Shown here: positions 13,441 through 26,108 of the stretch, in pieces | Position numbering within the stretch: position 1 is the first letter of the stretch | How the letters are laid out: the number at the start of each line of letters is the position of its first letter | Assembly: GCA_030770535.1 (NCBI GenBank) | Contig: JASVEC010000003.1 | Coordinates: 806,001-870,000 of the forward strand | From: Batkoa obscura | Taxonomy: Eukaryota | Reading direction: 5' to 3' | DNA length: 64,000 bases | The notes under the pieces: generated by a model | The model's input: the letters and a program-made list of their open reading frames with translations, nothing else | Database searches by the model: none | Told to the model about the DNA's origin: nothing | Program-made: the position numbers and the translations under genes

Positions 13441-14302
13441 TAAATTATCAGTTTGAGCTTTTTTGGTCTTCCATTTTAAATATTTGACGTTTTTTGTGTA
13501 GAATTCATTTTATTTTAATTTGTGTTTATCCTTTGAGTAAGCTTTCTAATAATTTTTGCTACAGAATAATATAATCAAGGAACATCATACCATGGAGCTA
13601 AAATAATAGACAGTGTAATACTATAATAGTTTATCTTTTTAGGCTATTACTCAATTCAATAACTTAACGTTTACATAGGGATATCGAAGTATTGCTGGAA
13701 GCTATCTTTTTAATTGTTTAGCATAATGTAGTTATATGAAAGGCTTACCCCAGTCTCTGGAAGTAAAAGTAACTCCCTGAGGATTCAAATTGAAAATTGT
13801 ATTGCTATAAGTAAAAAGTGTGCTATTCTAAAATATTTATACCAAGCTCTTCTTAAGTCAAGCCAGGATGTGTAGTGATAACTATCAAAAGGTGACGGAG
13901 TTTGTGGTTCATGGCTTTCAGTAAGTTAGGACATATTTAATCTTACTGTGGGATCAAACACTACTTTGCTTGCAGAAAATAATAGGAAGGACTCGAATAA
14001 CCCAATCTGAACCATTAAGTATTATGACTAATATTATATATTAAATACAGGAACTATAAAATAACTAGCTAAGTTTACAAAACATAACTTTTAGTCATTT
14101 GATAAAGAATATAAAGAATGATTTTTTTTAAAGTCGATAAAGCTTTAATAAAACCTTTATCTCTGATATGTTTTGATTTCACAACAAACTTACCATCAAT
14201 AAATTAGTTTTACCTACGCCTGTTTTTTTCACAGTGAAATGCTATTTAAAATGTTGTGAATACTATAAGCTTCTTAAGTAGCATTCCTTTTATTAGCTAT
14301 AT

Positions 14303-14400
14303 GGGGATGTATTTTTGTGTTTAAGAATTTTACTAACAATTTTTCTGCTCAAATGCGCTTAAAAGATGGAAAAAGTAATGAAGCCGAAAAAGACACTCCC
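14303..14400 (+). mobile_element. MITE family A
   Basis: GGGGATGTATTTT...ACACTCCC, ATAT TSD, core AAGAATTTTACTAAC. Confidence 0.9.
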
Positions 14401-14419
14401 ATATATAATATCATGCAAA

Positions 14420-16480
14420 CTTGGCTATAAATTTTGTTAATAACTTTGACAAAATAAAAAAGCGCCTTTCTTGTATATACTATTACTTCTGAATTTCTAG
14501 CGTCATCTGCTTTGATCGATGTTTCCACCAAGTCCACTTTAGGCTCAAACATTCTCTCATCATAACATTTTCTAAAACATATTTTATTTCACAACTCGCA
14601 TACAGTATATATTTTTCACATTTATAACTAGTAAAATCCGATTCAATTTTAAATCTTTTGAGATAAAAATAAAAACTTACTCATCGGCATATTTTTTGTG
14701 CGCATAAAATATCTAATAGTACCCGTCCTTAAAGTAACTTCGTTCCAAATATCTAGATTATTTATTTTTCTAGTTAATATCCATTTAGTTAAATTCAATT
14801 TATGAACTTCCTTAAATATCAAATCAAAAAAGTTCACCCTCTTTCTGCTACCTTGAGTTCAACTTTTACACTCTCCTGTTATCTATATCTATGCTGTTCT
14901 CCTCTTGACACAGAACATTGCGATGCCCCTATTTTGCCATTTCGCATCTAAGGAATTTTAACACTAATTAAAAACTTATTTAATGTGCTACGTATAATTT
15001 AACAGGTAATATGAGGACATATGATGATTATCATTATCCTTTCAATAAATATACCAATACAAATCGTCTCTGTATTTGTTGACAATAATGTTTTGAGTTT
15101 AATTTAAGTACATAAATTGCAATTTTAAAAATTCGTGTCCTATTAATATTTTTGGTAAAGTTGTTGTATCATTTGTTATTACTTCAAAGTTATTCAACCA
15201 AGGATTATTGGAGCATTACTTTCGATATCAATTAAAAAATACAGCTTATATAATAAAAACCAATGGTTATTTTGATTTTTACCTGGCTATGATAAAACTC
15301 TATCAAGTTATTAAACATCAAAAATAACTGTCTACGTCATCAAACAAAGAGTTTCAATTTGCTATAACTAACAGATTCACATAATTTTATTTGGAGCAGT
15401 TTTTATAATCTGACAATTTCAAGCTGAAACTAGTTTAAATAAACTAATTAATTTTCATTTACTATTTTCCAATTCACGAAGTTTAAATGCCTAAAGCAAA
15501 CTACAAGAAACTCAAAATGTTAGAAGCTCTTTGGTAGCATTACTTTGATTGACTTATTAAAATTAAGAAAAACAGGCTGTTAAAAATGTCACGAAACAAT
15601 TTTAATTAAAATAAGTGCTTTTCTTTTGTGCTCCATCATTTTCATATCACCAGCATCTTCAATCCTAGTTGTAGTTTATAACTAACTTCTTTTTAATTCT
15701 ATGTACTCATCCATCATAGTGTATAACTAAGATATATTTTGCTTCATAAAAGATAGTAAAGCATGTTTTACGTTTCTAACTAGTAGCACCTAATCCAACA
15801 AATAGCTGCTTAAATTTATCCAATAAAAACTTGCTTCTTAGCGGATTTTTTTAGAACATAGAGTGTCTGAGGATACTTATGTTCGTATTAACTTTGCTCC
15901 AAATATTTAGTTATATTATTACTCTCTTTTATTTTGGTTTGGTTAGTTTTTTACTTGACAACTTTTTACTTTATCGAGCCATGAAAACTTTTTTTGTTAC
16001 TTTAACTTCAATTTACAGTTTCTTTTTTTTTACATCTACTCTCACCTCCTCTTGACACACTGAATAAAGTAGAGCCCTTTGTTTTTCTATCTCGCATTGA
16101 AGCATATTTTGGTATCAGTTGAAAGTTTAATTCATGTTACATATAACTTACTTATGACCCATGCATATTAATTGGCTGTTATCATCCATTTGAGTAAAGT
16201 TTACATTTTAAAGCTGCCGAATATCTATTTATGATAATATTTCAAGTTTGAGTTTGTTGAGTATAGAATGTAAAAAGTTGCAAAAATACAAGCTCACGTT
16301 AATATTTTGAATAAGATCATTATTCAATTTTTTGGTATTTTAAGGGCACCAGTGAATAACTATTTTGGACATTGTTTTCCATACTAATTTTAAAAATACA
16401 GAATATCGAACTCAAATTACTGTTTTGTTTTGCATCTTGGGATCAAAAATATAGCCACTTTACAGTTGTTGAAACTCTTT
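14420..16480 (-). repeat. Degenerate ~1.1 kb direct duplication, probably two dead genes
   Basis: Matching blocks such as ctcctcttgacaca at ~14899 and ~16026; minus-strand remnants LDIWNEV and LNIWSKV. Boundaries are approximate. Confidence 0.5.
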
Positions 16481-16825
16481 TACAAACTTAGTAACTACTC
16501 ATTCAAGAAAAGAAAATAAAGTATATCATAGATATAAAGATTGGGCTTCGAAAAAAAGATACAAAGATAGTTTAATCATAAAAACTGCTACTAAAAAAGT
16601 CGCTAGAGTTGCAACAGCTATAATGATACAAATTAGCCGGATTTTGCCAAATCAAGTTTTTTATCAATATCATCAAGCAAATATACTCTGATTTGCTGAT
16701 AAGTAATGGATTCATTCTATTTTATTGGCAATGATTTATTAAAACTTAATATGCTTTTAGGTTATAAATGTTGTATAAAAATTAAATTTTCGACGTTATT
16801 TTTTACCTTTTTACGAAAATTACAC

Positions 16826-17835
16826 ATGCTCAAGAAGAGAAGCAAGCCTATTACTAATGAAGAAAGAGAAAGGATCATTGATGCGTATGTCAATGGATCC
16901 AATGCGACAAGTATTGCTAGAGTTTTAGCTCTTAATGCAAGGACAGTTCAGTCTATTGTAAAGAAATATATTGATGGGGAGGATTATAGAAGAAAACCAA
17001 AAATTGGACCAAGAGAAGCTACTAAGGTAATTTTACCAGAAATCCAGAGGGAGTTTATACAATCTTGTATTGATAAGGTTGCAATACGCCAATAAAAGAA
17101 ATAAGATAAAAACTGAAAAAGGAAATGGAAGTGAAAGCAAGGGATAAGATTATAAGCACGAGGCTAAATGAGTTTAGTTATCCTTTTAAACGTCTTGACC
17201 CACCACTTCAAAACAACAATTTGACTATTTCGGAGTTAGAGCTTTTTATACTAACAACATTATAAATTATATATTAAAAGTTGTTGGTTCTAAAGTCATA
17301 TTTATTAATGAGGCAACGTTTGACATTTCAATGCATATAAATAAAAAATTAGCTAAAAAGGAAAACAATAAGATGACTTCAAGGGCCCGTACAGTAAATG
17401 CATCTGTGTATTGTGCTATGAGTAAATGTGTAATGATTGAATATCAGACTCGATTGAAGTGCTATTTTATCGATACATTCAATAAACTTATTGAGTTATT
17501 TATTAATAAACTCACATAAATAAACGTATCGAAAGCGAAAATAATCACGGAAAATGTATACATTGAAAAAGATCTAAGTATTAAAGATCTTATCGAATCA
17601 AAAAATACTGGCTAGTATGTTTGTTGCCTAATCCTCTATCCTTAAATCACATTTAGAACGTGCATCCTAAATGGGTGCAGTTAATTAGGGCAAGAGTTCT
17701 ACATAATAAGAATGGATAGTTTGAAGTTATCAAAAGTGTTTTATCAGGAATAGTAATTTCTGACTATAATAATTTTCATGAACACATGCTTGGTTTTCTA
17801 CCAGAATACATAAGAAGAGATATATTTTTGATTAA
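16826..17835 (+). pseudogene. Transposase-derived copy 6, decayed
   Basis: MLKKRSKPITNEERERIIDAYVNGSNA, IFINEATF and the HEHMLGFLP tail; several stops and frameshifts. Confidence 0.87.
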
Positions 17836-18625
17836 CAAATACTAGGTTGTGTTTTATACATTTTTTTTGAGCTTGTAAAAGAGATATAATAATGTATGTT
17901 TCTGCTTTATTTTTTCCTTTTTTTGCAATGTAAATTAATTTTTGACCAACACAACAAACCATTTACATTTATAATTATTAAATATATTTTCAATATTAGC
18001 AACTCATCTTGAAATTATTCATGTTAAATTTGTTGCGTTAGGTCTTTAGAAACTAGCTTAACTAATTGGTGTAATTTATTAAGACTGTTAGACCATCTAA
18101 AATTCAAAACTAATGCTAAACAGGTGTAGATTGTATTTCCCATAAATTTTAAAAATCAAGCATTAATTTTAAAGACCTCAAAAGCTAAAAAGGTAAATAT
18201 TTCAAATAAAAATCTAATTCATTATTCCAGAATCAAACAATTTTATTTTATATATCTAGGTTGTCATATTTTTAAAAAGTTTATATCAGTTAATTCGTTA
18301 ATTGTTTGTATGTTATGTAAAAATTGGGCATTTTAACTCATAAAGTTGAGTTCTAGAAAGAGGTTTAAATCTATCGAAATTTCAATCCAAATCTGCTTAC
18401 AAAACACCAATTTGAAATTTAAATTATTAAGTCACCCCCTCCCCCTAAGGAAACGAAGGTGTAACCAACGATTTTATTCCCTCCCCTTAATTCACTAAAT
18501 ACTATACACTAAAACCTTACCAAACCTCAAGTATAAATACTCCTCATCGAGTTAACAGAAAATTATCAAACTCAATAACTAAAAAATAATCTTTATAGCA
18601 ACTAATATTCATTAAAATTATTAAC

Positions 18626-19117
18626 ATGCGTAATTTCTTATTAGCTTCTCTTGCTCTTGCTTCCTTAGCCTTTGCTAATGACTATACTCCAAAACCTCCA
18701 AGCTATACTCCACCTGTAGTTACCCCACCAAGCTATGGACCACCTGTTATTACCCCACCACATTACATTCCAGATATAACCCCACCAAACTACGGTCCAC
18801 CTGTATTAACTCCACCTAGTTATACTCCACCTAGCACTCCACCAAGCTACGGTCCACCAGTTATTACTCCACCAAATTATGGCCCCCCTGTATTAACTCC
18901 ACCAAGTTATACTCCTGATATTACTCCACCTAGTTATACTCCACCTAGCACTCCACCAAGCTACGGTCCACCAGTTGTTACCCCACCTAGCTATGGCCCA
19001 CCAGTTATTACTCCGCCAAGCTATGGTCCACCAGCTATTACTCCACCTAGCTATGTTCCACCTTCAACTCCACATTACGATAGCCATCCTAGCTACAACC
19101 CAACCCCTATTTATTAA
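18626..19117 (+). CDS. Secreted Pro/Tyr-rich repeat protein (13 PPxY motifs)
   Basis: Signal peptide MRNFLLASLALASLAFA; 9-10 aa repeats such as TPPSYGPPVI; ends in Tyr; TATAAA upstream at ~18532. Confidence 0.9.
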   Translation: MRNFLLASLALASLAFANDYTPKPPSYTPPVVTPPSYGPPVITPPHYIPDITPPNYGPPVLTPPSYTPPSTPPSYGPPVITPPNYGPPVLTPPSYTPDITPPSYTPPSTPPSYGPPVVTPPSYGPPVITPPSYGPPAITPPSYVPPSTPHYDSHPSYNPTPIY

Positions 19118-19621
19118 GTTATTTATTAAAATGGTATTTATTTATGAATTTTTGTCTTTTGAGTTTTTTACAAATATTTTTTAAAATATCAATAATGAAA
19201 TAATAAGTTTTTAAGTTACAATATGGTTGTTTGTAAGCGAATTTATTTAGGAGTGAGTTTGTATAGGCTAAGTTTTTAGTTTGCGTGAGGACTAGATCTA
19301 CTAAGGAATCAAAACAAGCAGATGTTGTGAATTACAAATTTGCTATACTGTATTAATTTTAAAATGTAATAAATTTTTATTTGACTAACTTGTTTTATAT
19401 AAATTTTAAATTAGGATTACATAAGCACTTCAATGCTTAAAAACTCGAATTTTAAATAAAATAAGGGGGTAGAATCATCAAAGAGTTTTTAAAGAAACTA
19501 GATTTTTAAGAGTTAAGGGGAAAGAATCCAGAATAAGCAAGATGGGTATTAAAGAAAACCATAAAACTGTAGTATAAAAGTAAAATAGGTTTCTTTAATA
19601 TTCATACATTAATTTAAAATA

Positions 19622-19930
19622 ATGAATTTATATTTTGTATCCATCTTAACTCTTGTAAGCTGTCACAAAATCAGTTTAAATTCATTTAATGATTATCACC
19701 CTTTAACATCACCTCAGAATGAATGTAGTTCAAATTTTATGTATTTAAATCATCAGAAAGGGACCACCAAATCTCTAATCAACAAACGTAACAACTTTAC
19801 AAGTAAGTTGGATTTAATAGCCAATTCTATAGCTGATAGTCGAGCTCCAGTTTTTTACCTAGGTACTCCTACCGACTCAAAACCTACTGATACAACTAAT
19901 AACTTTCCCCCAATTCCTATTTTTCTTTAA
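19622..19930 (+). CDS. Small putative secreted protein of unknown function
   Basis: ATG ORF of 102 aa with a short hydrophobic N-terminus, an internal KR, a Pro-rich tail (FPPIPIFL) and an upstream TATAAAA. Confidence 0.45.
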   Translation: MNLYFVSILTLVSCHKISLNSFNDYHPLTSPQNECSSNFMYLNHQKGTTKSLINKRNNFTSKLDLIANSIADSRAPVFYLGTPTDSKPTDTTNNFPPIPIFL

Positions 19931-20606
19931 GCGTTGCAAACTGTTAAAATAAATCATTGTTAAAATTTAATTTATTAATCTTTTTGATTCTATATGCAAA
20001 ATACTACCTAGATTAACATGTTGGCGCCTCTTTAATATCATTCAAGATTACAAGATATGTTCCTTTTAATATTGATATTGCAATAAAAAATTATTGATAG
20101 TATTTACAATAGTTACCTAATAAAAACTAAGCATTAAATCACTGTATCTTTTATCTAATAAACTGGTTTTATTTTAATAAAATAAATAACTTATTTCTAG
20201 TCATAGTCTACACAATTCAAATTCAAACTTATATGCTATTAAATAAAGTAAGATTAAAAATAATATTCTTTTTTAATTAGTGTTGGAAGTGTGTTAAAAA
20301 ATTATCATTTCACTTACAAAATTTTAAAATGTCTAGCTAAATTTAGTTTAATTTGTGTCTTAAAAGTCTAAGCTAATTTAAAGTTGGGCAGATCTCGTGG
20401 GGTGATCTCAATTAGCAATAATTAAAATAACCTTAAACCATTGAGCTATTAGCCTGGTTTTATTAGGGATGTAAAACAACTTTAAAAAAAAATTACAATA
20501 ATAAACTATAGTAAAAGCTTTGTTTCTAAAATAAGCACATAGACTTTAAAATAAAAGGAACAACCATTCTATTTATTTATTTAACAACTCATTAATACAA
20601 TCTAAT

Positions 20607-20933
20607 ATGAAATCCTTCATTCCGATTTTGACTTTAGCTGCTGCTATATACGCTTTAGATTATGATCCTGTCCCACCAAGCTATAACTCTCCCCCAATTG
20701 TAATTCCTCCAAGTTACAATACATCACCAGTTAGTCCTCCAACCTACAATACTCCACCAGTTGTTATCCCACCAGTTGCTACTCCACCAAGTAATCCCCC
20801 AAGTTACGAAACTCCTCCGCCAAGTAACCCTCCAAGTTATAGCACTCCATCATCTAAAAAGCCCATCCTTTCTTTGCCTATTCTTAAACTACCAATCGTA
20901 ATAGGTTCAATAGTTAAGGCAGTAATTCATTAA
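20607..20933 (+). CDS. Secreted PPxY-repeat family protein
   Basis: Signal peptide, DYDPVPPSYN, PPSY/PPTY repeats. Confidence 0.85.
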   Translation: MKSFIPILTLAAAIYALDYDPVPPSYNSPPIVIPPSYNTSPVSPPTYNTPPVVIPPVATPPSNPPSYETPPPSNPPSYSTPSSKKPILSLPILKLPIVIGSIVKAVIH

Positions 20934-21179
20934 TAATAAAATTTTAATTTATCCTTATAGCTATTTTTAAACTTTTGAATGTTATGACATTTAAACTTTG
21001 ATACCTTTTTTACACAATATCTGGTATTATAATATAGGTTACTTTTACTTTTTTTAACTGTTAGCGTTTTAGAACTAATTTACAATAAACATAAATTATT
21101 TCTACACTTTATTTTAGAATGTCATGGATTTTAACCCTGATATCAACTTTTAGTTTACAAAGTCGTAAAGCTATGATAT

Positions 21180-21276
21180 GGGAATGTATTTTTTGTTTAA
21201 GAATTTTACTAATAATCTTTCCGCTCAAATAGCACTTAAAAAATGGAAAAAATGATGAAGCTGAAAAAACATTCTC
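21180..21276 (+). mobile_element. MITE family A
   Basis: Core sequence and TIRs match; ATAT TSD. Confidence 0.88.
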
Positions 21277-22543
21277 ATATGCTTGCACTGATGTTCTCTA
21301 TCTTAAAATAATCTTTTTGTTCTTTATTTCAAACTTTTATTCTGCTTTTGAGCGTCTTTATAACAGCAATTTACATTGGTAAAATCATGTTTTAAGGTAT
21401 CTTTTGTTATTTAATAATGTACAAAATTTAAATAATAATTCATATTCTTAATGAACCAATTCATACTTTCAGACCTCTTACTAGCTTTTTTTTAAGATTT
21501 TGCTATGAAATGCAGTTTAATTTAAATTAAAAATGTTGAATATTTAAATATAGCATAATATAAAAAAACTATATATTATAAATGTGTCTTTGCTTTCACA
21601 ATAAGACAATACTATATTCAAGTAAATTTCGATCAAAATGCGCCATTTAAGGATTATTAAAAGTACAAAAAAAAAAAATTCTTTAAAAGTTTTAACCACC
21701 TTGAAGTCTATATAATCTATGAATAACTAAGCCCTTAATTTTGTATTTAAACATTATACGCTTTCTACACTCTACATGATTAATTGTTTTTGTTTTATTA
21801 AATGTGATCTTACACCTTTTTACTAATGTATCAACGTTGAGGCAGTAAGCTACTGAAACCAAAAAACTCACCAAAATGCCCGAAATTACTAATATTTTGT
21901 TAAATTTTTGGAAGTTTTTTGCTCGAAATTGCTTAGTGCTTCGGTATCAATACATTGGTAAAAAAGGTACTAACTACAATTTGCATTAAACTAAAACAAT
22001 AAAATATTTACACACCGCTTAACAAACTACAGAGAATTAATTCATTATCATTAGAAGTGTTTCTCAAATTTAAGAATTCCTTTCCCCCGAAATTAAAAAT
22101 ACTTACTGAAAGTTAAATTTCGTGCCTAAATTGTAAGCTTATTTTAAACTAGTAGATTCCATCAAGCGATTTCATTAACCCAAATTTAAGTTTGGGCTTA
22201 AAATATTAAATCGTTAAATTCATGATCTAAAAAATATGTAAGATAGTTTTGGGGTCAGAATCATATTCACAACAATAAAATGTAAAATAAGGGCTTTGTT
22301 CCTGAAATACGTAAATATCAACTACTTGAGTGTGTTCAAATAAATCAAGGAAGGATTGAGAGTTAGTCTGTTATGAATATATCTCAAATTTGGCTACATT
22401 TTACAGTATTAGTTTAAAACATAACAAACCAAGGCTTGTTAGAAGTTCTTAAGTGAAATGTGTAACTTAATTAACTAGCAATCCAATACTATAGTTTAAA
22501 AATGCTTAAGGACATATATTATTTTGTAATAGTCTATAAACAC

Positions 22544-22550
22544 TATAAAA
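22544..22550 (+). promoter_or_regulatory. Conserved TATA box of the PPxY family (also 26028, 29226, 31479, 33543 and 36641 on minus)
   Basis: TATAAAA lies 79-87 bp upstream of ATG in six paralogs, followed by a CATTCTATTTAT-like motif in the leader. Confidence 0.7.
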
Positions 22551-22624
22551 GCAAGCTCATAAACTCAGAAATAAAATAAAAACTCTTACTCTATTTATTC
22601 AATAATATATTAACTGAATACACT

Positions 22625-23734
22625 ATGAATAAATTCCTTCTCATCGCTTTAGCTTTAAACGCAACTGCACTTGCTTCGGACTACTATCAAGCTCCTTTAA
22701 GTTATAATACCCCAGTAGAAAGCCATCCAATCTATAACAATAAACCAGAAAAACCAGGAAACAGTTCTCGAAATCATGGTAATAAACCAGGAAACAGTCC
22801 TCCAAATCATGGTAATAAACCAGAAAAACCAGGAAACAGTTCTCCAAATCATGGTAATAAACCAGGAAACAGTCCCCCAACTTATGGTAATAAACCAGAA
22901 AACAGCCCTCCAAATCATGGCAATAAACCAGAAAACAGTCCTCCAAATCATGGTAATAAACCAGAAAAACCAGGAAACAGTCCTCCAAATCATGGCAATA
23001 AACCAGGAAACAGTCCTCCAAATCATGGTAATAAACCAGGAAACAGTTCTCCAAATCATGGTAATAAACCAGAAAAACCAGGAAACAGTTCTCCAAATCA
23101 TGGTAATAAACCAGGAAACAGTCCCCCAACTTATGGTAATAAACCAGAAAACAGCCCTCCAAATCATGGCAATAAACCAGAAAACAGTCCTCCAAATCAT
23201 GGTAATAAACCAGAAAAACCAGGAAACAGTTCTCCAAATCATGGCAATAAACCAGGAAACAGTCCTCCAAATCATGGTAATAGACCAGGAAACAGTCCCC
23301 CAACTTATGGTAATAAACCAGAAAACAGCCCTCCAAATCATGGCAATAAACCAGAAAACAGTCCTCCAAATCATGGTAATAAACCAGAAAAACCAGGAAA
23401 CAGTTCTCCAAATCATGGCAATAAACCAGGAAACAGTTCTCCAAATCATGGTAATAAACCAGGAAACAGTCCTCCAAATCATGGTAATAAACCAGGAAAC
23501 AGTCCCCCAACTTATGGTAATAAACCAGAAAACAGCCCTCCAAATCATGGCAATAAACCAGAAAAACCACCAATCAACCCCCCAAGTTATGACAATCCTC
23601 CACCAAATAATCCCCCATCCAGTAATCCTACACCAGTTATTACTCCACCAGTAGATATTCCACCAGTTGTCACCCCACCAAGCTATAGAGGAGGTCCAAT
23701 TACTATCCCTCCTATTTACGAACCAACTTATTAA
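22625..23734 (+). CDS. Secreted family member with 23 NKPGNSPPNHG-type repeats
   Basis: Signal peptide, then ASDY; 33/42 bp coding minisatellite at ~22738-23565; PPSY tail ending in Tyr. Confidence 0.9.
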   Translation: MNKFLLIALALNATALASDYYQAPLSYNTPVESHPIYNNKPEKPGNSSRNHGNKPGNSPPNHGNKPEKPGNSSPNHGNKPGNSPPTYGNKPENSPPNHGNKPENSPPNHGNKPEKPGNSPPNHGNKPGNSPPNHGNKPGNSSPNHGNKPEKPGNSSPNHGNKPGNSPPTYGNKPENSPPNHGNKPENSPPNHGNKPEKPGNSSPNHGNKPGNSPPNHGNRPGNSPPTYGNKPENSPPNHGNKPENSPPNHGNKPEKPGNSSPNHGNKPGNSSPNHGNKPGNSPPNHGNKPGNSPPTYGNKPENSPPNHGNKPEKPPINPPSYDNPPPNNPPSSNPTPVITPPVDIPPVVTPPSYRGGPITIPPIYEPTY

Positions 23735-26108
23735 TAATACAGTAGCTTACTAAAAATAAAGTCTTATTCATATTAATATTTAAGCATATGTACTATTCTT
23801 TCATTATTAAGTTAATTGTTCGGGATTCATACTTATATCAAATTTAATATTCTTTTTCAATTTATTATTTTCATTTGAGGTTATTAGCCTTTTAAATAGG
23901 TATCTTTAAAAACTATTTACTATATTCGTTTGAATTTTTTTATAGCTTTTTTAATCATAAATATAAGATCACTTATACTATCTTTGCCTTTAGGGTCTGC
24001 GTTTTATTTTGCGCATTGTCGCATGTCTTCCCTGTTATTCCTTTATTCATCAAAGTTAATCGAAATAGAGTAGTGGCAACTTTGATCATCAACTTTCAAA
24101 AGCCAACGTTTTAGCTCAAGAAAAATGAACTTATTTTTAAAAATGTTAATTTTCTTTATAAAATATTGAATATATTTAAATAATTTTATATATCTTTTTC
24201 AGTATGTTTTAATTAATATAAGATCTTATACTACCGAAATTTACCAAAAGGTTGGTTATCGAAACCTTTTTTAAAGAAATTACCAAAATAGAAGGGTACG
24301 ATCAAAACAGACAATATTAATAGAGCGTAATATTAAATATCCTTAAGAATAGCAATTATTAAAGCACCTTAGCTATAAAACACAAAAAGAAAATCAACAT
24401 ATGAATAACAAATTGTTTAGTTTTTTTATTTTTGATATAGTATTAGATATTTTGATGTCTTCTGTAAGCAACATCCAGATGGCTAACTTTTAACAAATTT
24501 TGATAATTCTCATTGACAGCCTTTGATTAGAGTATAGTGGAGAGAAGTGCGTTATTTCTTAAAATATCATATTAGAATGTACATGTCTTTTAACATAAAT
24601 TGGTAGCACTAAAAATATTATCATTCATAAAGAAGCCATATTTTTCGCAACATGTAACAAAACAAGTCTAGTTCTATTAAAGCATTTTGTTTTTAGAATC
24701 ATTGAAAAACAACAATAAATTAATCTACTAAACACGTCAACACTTTCAATCTCAACTAAATTAATACGCAACCAAACGAATAATATCATATTTGAATATT
24801 ATACACTTACCATTTTTTCATCAATTGCCTTATTTTATTTCACTATGATAGAACGATTCTGATAACAATCCCGTTAAATTAAACTAAACTTGTGTACAAT
24901 CAAACCAATGTGAAATATTGTTTTATTAGCTCTCGAATTGATTATAACACAACAATCACTTAAGTTGCTGTATTCTCAAGTTCAAATACAATCAACTCAG
25001 AGTCCCTTATTTTGATTTGCTGCGAGAATTTATAACTTCATATTGCAAAGAATATTATCCTCTCGTTTTGATATCCATACTTATTGGAGTATAAAAGAGA
25101 TTCTTCAATATGATAACTCGAGGCTTTTTTAATTGGATTACTCCCTGATAACGTATCATTAATAAAGTCACTAAGTCTTTCTGACAACATCTGATATAGA
25201 TTTTATAGTAGTATCTTCCATTGTATTTGTTTTACATAATTCGTAGCTTACTACATACTATTTCTATTAAGTTAAGTCTACCTTAGTTACATAAACTAAG
25301 ACCCTTCGACTCAAGGCAAGTTAATTAAGCAAGAGTAGCTTTTAACTTCGACCACTAAGTATCAACTTTCACACCAATAAGCCTAAAAAAATAAAATGAA
25401 ATAACTTCGCTTATACAGCTGTCTAAGTTAGGGTGTGCCCTGCGAAGCCATTTATTTAATATAATTTAACTATCAAGCTGTAAATCAGTAAACAATTTTC
25501 ATTATTATTTATAAAAATTATTGCATGCTATCACACGTTTGAATATAAATAATTGTACTAAAGGTATATTTCATAAAATTATAATCGTGTTGGACTAAAT
25601 CTTAGTCAATTTTGGTGTCTAATTCTTGAGTTTATTTGAAGCTGGACAGATTTATAGAGGAGTATTTCAATTGCCTAGGATATTGAGCTGTTTGGCCCAT
25701 CTTTATTATTATTATGTAAAAGAGTTTTAACGTAAGAATTATATCTATTAAAATACATTATATAATGAAAAAGCCTGTTCTAAAATATGTAAATATTAAC
25801 CCCTTGGTTATAATAAAATGAATTGAGGAAGAAGAGAACTAAAATTGGATTCTACTATGCATAAAATTAAACTAAGTTTTACGAACTTTTACTTTTCGAA
25901 TAAAATGAACTAAGTTTTTAAAAAAACCCTGAAATAAAAATGTGTGAATTCAAAATAAATTATCACTAATACTACCAACATTAACACAACCGATGATAAT
26001 ACGTTGATTTAAGTAGTTTATAAACGATATAAAAGCAAACCAGGGAGCTTAAATATAAAATAAAAACACTCATTCTATTTATTCGATAATCCATTAATTT
26101 ACTTCATT

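Noticed and set aside
10045..14552. Recurring minus-strand peptide LLFPSFKRYLSGKIVSKILK in several ORFs
   Set aside because: Translation of the family-A MITE, not a protein domain.
22738..23565. CRISPR-like appearance of the 33 bp repeats
   Set aside because: No unique spacers; in-frame coding repeats in a eukaryotic gene.
22641..23654. Long alternative-frame and antisense ORFs (310, 283, 292 aa)
   Set aside because: By-products of a stop-free coding minisatellite; only the 22625 frame has a signal peptide and family termini.
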